Shown: positions 54,716 through 64,000 of the stretch, in pieces
How the letters are laid out: every line of letters begins with the position of its first letter
Numbering within the stretch: position 1 is the stretch's first letter
Assembly: GCA_020137815.1 (NCBI GenBank)
Contig: CM035351.1
Location: 9,300,001 to 9,364,000 of the forward strand
DNA from: Hormiphora californensis
Taxonomy: Eukaryota > Animalia > Ctenophora
Direction: 5' to 3'
Length of the DNA: 64,000 nucleotides
Position numbers and translations under genes: made by a program
Notes under the pieces: generated by a model
The model's input: the letters and a program-made list of their open reading frames with translations, nothing else
The model's database searches: none
What the model was told of the DNA's origin: nothing

Positions 54716-56833
54716 ATGGACAGCAGTGAGGTGATAACTGGGTATGAGGTTGAGGATATCCGTTTTCCTACCTCCTCCACTATGGATGGTTCGGATAGCA
54801 TCCACACAGACCCTGACTACTCCCTGGCCTACCTGACCCTCACCACAGATGCGGGGTCCAGGGGGTACGGCATGACATTCACCCTGGGAGCTGGTACTGA
54901 TTTGGTGGTGGCCACTATCAAGCAGTTCCAGGACAAGGTGGTGGGGAAGAGTGTTGGGGAGATATTTGGTGGGTATAGGGCCTTCTACAGGTCCATAACC
55001 CAGGCATCCCAAATGAGATGGCTGGGTCCTGAGAAGGGGATTGTTCATTTGGCAGCAGCAGCCTTGTTTAATGGAATCTGGGATTTGGCTGCCAGACTTG
55101 CTGGAAAACCTCTCTGGCAGTTGGTGAGTTTCGTAAAACAGTTCTACACAGTGTGCAGACAGTTGCCAACTGTGATGCTGTATGTGTGTACAAATCTGCA
55201 GGAGCTACAGTGTGCTATGTTAGTCTGCAGGAGAGAGGGAGAGCCGTGCAGTGTTAGTCTAGTTTTGTCGGACTTGTTTGTTTACACATGGATCACATAT
55301 GAGTGCGAAATGTTTCATGTAATGTACTGTGTACAGTGTGTGTAACATGCCGACTTGTTCTAACTATCTCGTACGTGGTCTCTGGTTTTTAAACAAACAG
55401 AAAATTCGGAGAGAATAACACCGAGAAGTTCTCTAAGTTTTGCTTGACGATGAACATGATGGGAGTGTGTTCATGCATGACCATTGACCAGTGTTATAAC
55501 ACATTCCCCCTCCCCTCTCCTGACTCCTCCCCGCTCCAACCAGTGTTATAAATCCCCCCTCTCAGGTGGTAGATACAGACCCGGCTAAGTTGGTATCTAT
55601 GGTAGATTGGAGCTATCTGGGAGATGTAGTCACTGAAGAGGAGGCTGTCCAAATGCTGACTGTAGGAGAGGAAGAGAAACAGCGCCGAATTAGGTATGGT
55701 GAGATGTCAATTTGTTCAATAAAGCAGTATTGTAATATTGATATTCAATATTTCAATTAACTTGTCACTTTGTTTTAAAGCAGTGCCCTCTCTTTAGGAA
55801 ACTAAAAGATGAAGGGTACCCTGCTTACATCACCTCTGTAGGGTGGCTGGGCTATCCAGATGATAAGGTTAGGGCTCTAACTGAGGAGAAGCTGAGTGAA
55901 GGGTGGACTGCTTTTAAAATGAAGGTACAAGTTTTAACTTTATCTTCCCAGCCCACTCGATGGTGGTGGTATTTTCTTCGTTGGTGGTGGTGACATTTGT
56001 CAGCGTGCCAAAGATAATGAGCAATTCAGAATTCTAATCTTTGACATATTCTGAATTGTGAATTGATGTACATATCAGCTTTCATATTTTCTCGAACTTG
56101 TCTCAATTTTAACAAGCCAAATCATTTCTTTTGTCTCTCAGCAAGTACAATGACTCCAACTCCCCCTCCCTTAGGTTGGGGTAAACAGAGAGAGTGATGA
56201 GAGAAGGGCAGGACTGATGAGATCCCTGATCGGTCCTGATAACACTCTAATGATGGATGCTAATCAAATATGGGATGTACCAACTACCATATCCCGTATG
56301 GTACCAGGTCTCACTAAATACAACCCTCTATGGATAGAGGAACCCACCAGTCCCTGACGACATACTGGGCCACAAGGCTATATCTGCCGCTTTAGAGCCA
56401 CATGGCGTGGGTGTAGCAACAGGTGAAATGTGTCAAAACAGGGTTATGTTCAAACAGTTCCTGCAGAGTGGTGCTATGCAGTTTTGTCAGATTGATAGTT
56501 GCAGAGTTGCTGGGGTAACTGAACTCCTGGCCATAATGGTCCTAGCTAGGAGGTTCAATGTCCCTGTTGTACCCCACGCGGGAGGGGTGGGGCTATGTGA
56601 ACTGGTCAGGACACTACTCCATGATCGACTACATCATGATATCTGGGGAGATGGAGGGGAGGTGGTGTGAGTTTGCAGATCATCTACACGAGCATTTTAC
56701 AGACCCCGCGGTAACTAAAGCAGGCCGATATCTCCTTCCCTCCCTCCCTGGATTTTCCACCCGTCTGAAGGAAGAATCTGCACGGTATTACAGCTACCCC
56801 GCCGGAACATGCTGGTCCAGTGATAAGGTGTAA
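54716..56833 (+). CDS. ENOSF1: Enolase superfamily member 1 / L-fuconate dehydratase, 4 exons
   Basis: [93 protein letters not shown]. Confidence 0.95.
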
Positions 56834-57377
56834 TGTGATACGTTTCATATTGAGAGAGGGAGAGGAATTTTGTTATTATCTCGTATGTGTGCTTGTTACT
56901 GTGATTAAGTTATGTTTCTGGGAGACAAGTGTATTGGCCGTCTCCCCTAACTAGCCTGTCGGTCGAGTAGGGCTGTCAGCTGAACGGATAACCACTCCAC
57001 AACCAGAAATTTCTCCTGCTTATCTCAACTAAAGAAGTGGGACAAATTGAATGGTTGGAGGGCGCGAGGTCTCTGCAATGTTGAAATCTCCCAAAGAATG
57101 TAATTCAGCACTGTGGTAAAGCCGCGCACGCGCATTCCTGTTTCTAAGTGCCGGGAAAAGGCACAGACCGCGGCAGCTGGTGGGTGCAATATTGTACAGC
57201 TGCTGCACTGGTAGCTGTCAATATTGTCTGCAATAATGAACACTCCACTAGAGAAATACATGTAAAAACTTAACTTTTGGATGGGTTAAAACAAATCAGA
57301 AAGTCGTACAAACATGGAATTTAAACAGTAAAGCTACACACAATAAAACTAAAGTCTCTGGGTGGTGACTGCCACTG

Positions 57378-58524
57378 TCACCGGTAAACTCCAACTATTC
57401 CCCTTGCTACGTCCCTTGCTATTTCACACAGTACAGCTCCGTCCTGGTATGGATCCCTCTCCATTCCCTCTATCAGATCAACCAGGTTCTCAGGGTCCAA
57501 TAACCGGGGTCCCAACAGGGTAATGGCGCTCTCCTTCTCTGCTAGGTAGCGTAGCTGCTCTATAATGTACCCTGGTGGGGGATAGGTGGCGTTACGTTCC
57601 AAACAACTGGGGGATACTATCTGGCTCCAGACTGTGAATGTTAGAGGTCAGTAGAGTCCAGCTCTGTGTGTGATAGGAGAGATACTCAGCTCCCAAACTA
57701 GTGCTCTACAACCTCCAATTTCTTACCTAGTTGGAAGGCAGTGATACTATGGCTCTCAGAAAGGTCCTCTAACAGCTTCAATCTGTGAGAAGGGACACTG
57801 GAGGCATGGAGCTTATGTAGCAGGTTTATCAAATCACGCTCTGGTAATCCCTCTGGGGAAGGATTTGTTATTCATATTGGTAGGTGGGATAGGCTGTATG
57901 GCGGCGCCATACCCCATTTGACAGTGTGCTCAGATGGGTCGCGGCGCCAGACAGGGGATAGGAAGGTTAGGGAGATCTATCTGGTGGTGCTTTACTACCC
58001 ATTTTTAATGAGGGAGATACTTAAATTTACAGAAACAGAATGTGAAACTCCCAGTCATTACGTTCTCCAACCCACCTAGACACTGTTGCAGAACTGGGGG
58101 TCCTACCGTCCTTATCTGCTGATTATTAGTTGCTAGCTGCTTCACACTGCCAGCCAGATCCGTTATAAGGTCTCGTTCATCCCTCAGCCGCTCTTCTAAT
58201 TCTACCTGGGCCGACAAAGCTAGTGAGCTGTGAGACGGGGTTATTTGCACTTTCTGATTGTTCTATAATAATCTGTCTGGCTATCTGTCGGCCAGTCCTT
58301 CAACAATGCGATAACAATATTAGAATCATATTGTGGAAGCCAAAGACAGGCAGCCGGTACTAATAGAAAAGGGTAACCAGGCCTGGTCCAGGCTATATAC
58401 CGGTCATGACATTTCTCAATCTTATCAAGAAGACCCTGAAAAGTCAGTACTACCACAACTCACGCTCTATTCTGGTGTTTGTGTCTTCTACCACAGAGTC
58501 ACACTTATTATACTCCATTGACAT
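57378..58524 (-). CDS. Hypothetical multi-exon, probably helical protein
   Basis: Several coding-like segments bounded by GT-AG sites; acceptor TTTCTAG|CGTC-ATG at 58524; no family recognised. Confidence 0.5.
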
Positions 58525-58983
58525 GACGCTAGAAATAAAGGGCGGGAATTAAAGGAATATATAATATAATATCATTGAGTAAGGTTTTACTTACTTAACA
58601 ATGAATATAGGGTTGGGGATTAATGTGAAACAGGGTGACAGTACTGGTAACTGGCAGTAATAATTCAGGGATTTTAGTAAACGATTTGATATAATCAATT
58701 GGGGGCGGGAGTTGTATACCATTTATAACGTCACACCTCATCATAGGACCAAATTGTAACCAAAGAAAAAATAAATCAAAATTGCTTCAAAAAAGTACAT
58801 CTCTTCACTTAGAGACAGTAACATTGGGGGTAATTTATAGTTATCTACAGAATGTGATTCTTCTCTCCTAGATCACACATGTGAGTATCTTAGGGGGAGA
58901 TAGGTACTAAACAATCTCTCTCTCTGTCTCCAAGCTGAAACACACAGACACACACAGACAGACAGACACATTTTGTCCCCTGA

Positions 58984-61900
58984 TCACTTCACTTCACACT
59001 TGTTGATGGTCTCCTTTACTTTGTTAATCAGTGCCCTCACCATAAACTTCTTTCGAGCAAGCGATCGAACGTGCTGAGAAAAGGAAGTAGTAAATTTAAT
59101 CTTCCTGAAACCATGTCTTGTAAAACTAGTGCATAACTTTAAGTATTGGATTCATTCTCACCTTCAAAAAGACTTGAATCTCGATAACTCCGTTTCTGAG
59201 GGCCTCAGCCAGGTAGTAGATACCATCATCCAGTGCGCTCTCCTCCGCACAAAGGTGCAGATACCTGTTATAGGGAATGTGTGTGAATCTCCATAATAGG
59301 GCATGTGTATTTCCGTATTAGGACATGTGTATTTCCTAATTAGGTGTACAACTCAGCAGGGGAGCTGGGAGAGAGATAACAGTGATAATGATCCATGTTG
59401 TTTTACTCATGGCTGAAAGACTCACTGTTTGAAAAGTGTAGTTTTAGGTTCGATTTGTTGGTCTACTTGATCCTCTTCGCTGGCCCTTTCGTGCTGGGAC
59501 AGGAACTCTCTCAACTCCCCATCCTTGGATTTGAATAACTCGATCGTATCTCGGATCTTCATCTGTGTGGCGAGGGAGATGCAAAATTATGATAAATATG
59601 TTCCCACCCTACTTAGAAGATACAACTTGCAAAAAGTGATTAATATGGTCCAATGAAAAGGGAGAGAAATAATCAGAGACTGTTCCATGTGTTTCAACCT
59701 TTTCTGTCTCGATATTTGCTAGAATCTCTGAGATTTGTTCCTTTCCAGCCAGTAACTCCTGCTCCTGCTGTCGAACAGCTGTCACTTCTGCCTGAAGGGT
59801 ACATAGTTTAGTTTCCAAGTAGGAGGGATAATAATATATTGATATCCATTGCTCACACCTTAGTCGTTAGCCTAGAACATATAATATTACATGTAACATT
59901 CTCTCACATGTCTAATTTTCCAATTTCCTGATATCCCCCTCACTAGTGTGTTTGGCAAATCTTACTAATTTGTCCCGGCTTACTACCTAACAGATCTCTC
60001 TCTATGGGAACAGGAAGCAAGTGGCACTGTGTGAATATATGCGTGTAGTTATGGTCGTGAGTGGGCGGCCCCACCCGGTAGTACATCAGCTATCGTTAAC
60101 AAAACATCTCCATCCCATTACCTCGTATCTGCTGATGAATATTTGGTATCGCTGTTTCAGGTCGTGTTCAATCTTGCTGACCATGCTACTCTTGATAACC
60201 TCCTGTGTATCCTCCCTCTGTAAAGTACCACCACCCTGCTGCTGTTGCTGCTGCTGGTTCGCATACCCCGCCCTGGAGGAGAGAGGAGGGGGTTTTGTGG
60301 GGCGGGGGCAGGGGGTGCGAGGGGATGGGTGTTTTGTGGGACGGGGGGGATATTAGAGTTTTGTGCGTGGAATACTGAACAGTGAACAGGGACATGACTT
60401 GTGAGCAGTGTGGGAGAGTTGCATTGGGTGCTATGAAAAGCATAATTAATTTGTTTAGGGCCTCCGACCTGTGATTTAAGATCTTTAATTACATCTCGAA
60501 TATTATATGCAGTGAGATCCGGAATATATGTAAACTGGCCCATTGTTGTAGCAGAGAGAGATTCTCGGGTTTCTCTGTTTCAGTGGCAACAGGGTAAATT
60601 TTACTTCCTTATAAGGATAGTGTACACGTCATCACATAAAACTAGAGTGAGAGAGAAAGTGAGTGGAATAGTGTTCTGCTGCTTCCACTCTCTTGATATA
60701 TACCCTCCTGTGTGATATTATTATCCCTGCTCAGTCGACCATGATGTTGTATTTCCCTGCTCATCCTGTACTGATGGTGCTGCTATTGGCGTGCATTAGC
60801 AGACCATAAAGAGCTCTGACTCGCACATATTCTCCCGTTCGTGTTGACTCCCAATTATGTAGCTAACTTCCTTCCATCGCCCCCATCCTCTCACAAACCT
60901 CTCACAGCCCTCTCCTCTCACAGCTTGGCCACGTGAGAGAGAGAGAGAGAAGGTTCTACTAACAGCAGGTAGGGTGCAGTAGGGCAATACACAGTGTGTA
61001 ATACACACTCTCTCAGTTTTCAACCTCTCTCCTTCCGCGTCCACTCTGCCAGCCTACTACTTTTCTCCATCCAGTACCTCCCCCGCGTGTGAACTTTATA
61101 AAGATGCCGGTTCAGAGCATCTTCAGAGGATAGTTCACCTCTCTTTGATGTCCTTGTGTGTGACTAATGAATTTGCAAGTTTACATTATAATTTTCTTCA
61201 TTGCGGGCACATTACCACGTGCAGTAGTCAAGTTATGAAACTTTAAATGTAACCTCATTTTCTCCAGTTAACTTCAAATGTAATCTCATTCTCTCCTGTT
61301 ATCTAGCTGTGACTAATGGGTGTAAGATGCGTCGAAACACCCGTGCCAACCTACTGATTCTGCTGCTATGTCTGAGTGCCCTCTACCTTTATATCAACAC
61401 ACCCTCCCTTCCTACTGCTACTCCCCCGGGGGCAATCCACCACCCTCCCGCTAAACAGAGAGACACCACGGAAGAGAGCGTGTTTGTGAATGATAAGTTG
61501 TTTAAGGACATTCTGGGGGATCTGGAGGCTGAAGAGGAGAGAACCGAGGCACCCCCAAAACCACCAGAACAACAGGAAACTAGACTCCTAGTGGTGCAGA
61601 AGGAAGAGGAGAAAAAGAAATCAGAGGAGCAGGAGGGAACGGAGGGTTGGCCTTCATGGATGAACCTAAATCCTGATTTAGAAATTCACAAGGATATAGC
61701 GGTGGAAGGGATGCCGGATTATTTCGACCTCAAATCCGATCTGCTGCCCCAGTTTGAGAAGCACCACAACGAGACTGGTGACATAATGAAGGAGCGACTA
61801 ATGAACATCAAACAGCAATGTGAGAGGGCCAGTAGATACCTGAAACCCCGGAATGCGAACCGGTTCTTGTTCCACTTTGAGGAGCTGAATGTAGGGTGGT

Positions 61901-63935
61901 GTCCGGTGTTCAAGGCTGCTAGTACCAACTGGAAGCAGTTTTTCTGTAAGATATACCAGCCTGCAGTGTACTGGCAACACCAGGCTATAAAGCAGGACCC
62001 GTACTGCCCCCTTGAGGTGCTGATGGATCACACTGAGAAGAGGGTGCCACGGGACAAGAAGGAGGAATTCAGGAAGAATGCCGCTAAAGCTGTCAAGTTC
62101 ATTACCGTCCGTCACCCATACGAGAGGCTGGTCAGTATGTATACCAACAAGTTTGAGGGTTGTAAAACCGAGATGTTTAGTGGCCCCGGGGGAGCCATGG
62201 TACAGATACTGCAGCTATACAGAAGGTGTGACAAACCCTCTCTAGAGAAGGCGATGTTATTAGAGGCTGCCCGGACAGAGTGTCTGAAACCTCCTGCACA
62301 AAGGGTTGTAGACCCTGATAACTGCTACATGCAACCAATGGGGGCTACATTTTCTGAGGTTATCACCTGGATTGTTAACAACTTTCACACAGGCCACTTT
62401 CCTGACTTCCACTGGGCGCCCATGACCAAGATGTGTGATCTGTGTATCACAGATTATGATATGGTCGAGAAGTTTGAGACTCTAGAACGGGATCATTACT
62501 TCATACTGAAAACACTGGGGATGGAGCAGCAGTATGTGGAGATACATGGGGCACGTGCTAACCCTAGTTCTCGTGACAAGGACATATATCATCATGTCAC
62601 AAAGTATCTGGTACAGCTAAATGAGAGGCTCCTGTGGGACTTGTTTGCCATTTATAGGGACGATTTTGCAATGTTTGGATATACCCCACACTTTAGGGTA
62701 CGGAAGAATCCCTATGTAGAAGTGTGAGTGGAGGGGAGAGAGAGAGTTTGAATGTAAATATGTGCAGAGAATTATATTTTTACATACCCAGACGTCTGTG
62801 GTTGTTGCGCTGAAATGAAAACAGATGTTACACACACAGGGCACCAAAACAGATAATATTATTGATTAGATCTGGTTAAATTCAGAGTCTACTACTTACG
62901 GTTTCCACCAAGATTCCACCCAATATTGGGAGGGGTCCCTCCCGCGGCCCCGTACCCACTATACTGGGCTCGAGGGGGTTGCTGCTGTTGGGCAGCTGTG
63001 TTGTAGGTAGGTCTGGGCCGGGCAGGGGCTGTTGATTGTTTTGAGTATAGGGGAGGTGTGTTGGAGAACTCGATACACAGAACATTCACCAGACTAACTA
63101 GGTCGTAACCCTGGGAATAGGGAGTGTCTTTCTTTATACTCAATTCGCAATTACACCAAAATACTAAGTACACATTCTCAATATATATATATGTGTCTGA
63201 TAACTATCTGATTCTGATGATCTCATCATAACCACATTTAACTCAGTACACAGTGTGTGTACTATAACACACCGTTACCACAGGTGAAAATGTATCTCAC
63301 AGCGAACCAGGATCGCTCCTTATATGGCTAATATTCGCTATACTAGAACTACTTACCATGCTTGCCTTCCACTCGTGTAAGTAGGGCAGGTAAACCTTTC
63401 CATTACTGTCCACGATCCTGCTTGGTTTAATCTGCATGTCTTTTGTAGGTGTCACCATAACAAATGGGGCCTGGGGAGGGATAAAACATAATAAATGGGG
63501 CCTGGGGAGAGATAAAACATCACAAATGGGGCCTGGGGAGGGATAAAACATCACAAATGGGGCCTGGGGAGGGATAATACATAATAAATGGGGCCTGGGG
63601 AGGGATAAAACATAATAAATGGGGCCTAGGAGAAGGAGACATCGATATACAGTGATTGTTCATTGTCGGATAGATTAGTGTGAATTACCTGTTCGGGGTA
63701 CTTCATTATGAATCCAAATGTTTACAGGGATATTGTACGTGTTACCCCTGTAGTGCATTGGTATAGTACCAGACAAACATATCATCCTGTATTCTCTCCC
63801 ATTATCATACACTGTGGGGATTAGAAAATCTGTGATACACACCTGCAGCAGCTGTTCACACTGATTTTGAGAGATCATGTTGTTGTTATTTTCAGAAGTC
63901 ATGGAGAGGGTTGCTCGTGCGCGGTATGCTGACAT
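58984..63935 (-). CDS. TSG101: ESCRT-I subunit TSG101, about 8 exons
   Basis: UEV domain (LSGTIPMHYRGNTYNIPVNIWI, IVDSNGKVYLPYLHEW), Pro/Gln-rich linker, coiled coil, steadiness box (LCAEESALDDGIYYLAEALR...FLKHVRSLARKKF). Confidence 0.93.
61327..62727 (+). CDS. Golgi carbohydrate sulfotransferase (Sulfotransfer_2, CHST8-14 family), intronless, nested in a TSG101 intron
   Basis: Type II TM anchor, 5'-PSB WCPVFKAASTNWK, 3'-PB VRHPYERLVSMY, HWAP..CDLC...KFETLERD, YRDDFAMFGY. Confidence 0.9.
   Translation: MRRNTRANLLILLLCLSALYLYINTPSLPTATPPGAIHHPPAKQRDTTEESVFVNDKLFKDILGDLEAEEERTEAPPKPPEQQETRLLVVQKEEEKKKSEEQEGTEGWPSWMNLNPDLEIHKDIAVEGMPDYFDLKSDLLPQFEKHHNETGDIMKERLMNIKQQCERASRYLKPRNANRFLFHFEELNVGWCPVFKAASTNWKQFFCKIYQPAVYWQHQAIKQDPYCPLEVLMDHTEKRVPRDKKEEFRKNAAKAVKFITVRHPYERLVSMYTNKFEGCKTEMFSGPGGAMVQILQLYRRCDKPSLEKAMLLEAARTECLKPPAQRVVDPDNCYMQPMGATFSEVITWIVNNFHTGHFPDFHWAPMTKMCDLCITDYDMVEKFETLERDHYFILKTLGMEQQYVEIHGARANPSSRDKDIYHHVTKYLVQLNERLLWDLFAIYRDDFAMFGYTPHFRVRKNPYVEV
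63461..63630. repeat. 31-bp tandem repeat, about 6 copies; unit contains a TSG101 3' splice site
   Basis: Minus strand TTTTATCCCTCCCCAG|GCCCCATTT repeated. Confidence 0.92.
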
Positions 63936-64000
63936 TGAGTGCTTTCATAGTAACACTGTTTGCGCGCCCTACCGTATTTAGAAACGCGTGGTGTGAGATC

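Overview
Compact, intron-containing animal genomic DNA. The repeat families, nested gene and splice-site style suggest a ctenophore, probably Pleurobrachia-like; this is from recall, not a search. About 20 protein-coding genes are recognisable. Minus strand: NMD3, TADA2, an ASPHD-like hydroxylase, RAD1, an RNF213-like C-terminal/RZ-finger protein, an LDLa-7TM receptor, a CAP protein, an orphan and TSG101. Plus strand: an MFS transporter, a THAP/C2H2 gene, ALAD, NCBP2, a small C2H2 gene, ALKBH8, COQ2, DDX27, an NDUFB2-like gene, GLTP/CPTP, a ZnT zinc transporter, ENOSF1, and a carbohydrate sulfotransferase nested antisense in a TSG101 intron. Mobile DNA includes a recent non-autonomous LTR element in an NMD3 intron, plus Tc1/mariner, hAT and Helentron-like non-autonomous elements and several palindromes. 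Three observations stand out. (1) Co-oriented housekeeping genes lie about 100-270 bp apart, each with an apparently unpaired 3' splice acceptor just before the ATG, suggesting SL trans-splicing and candidate operons. (2) Tandem repeats repeatedly multiply the splice sites themselves. (3) An apparently stand-alone RNF213-type RZ-finger E3 module occurs without AAA+ domains. Many CDSs carry small indels that are most likely assembly errors. Exon coordinates were read by eye and may be off by a few bases.
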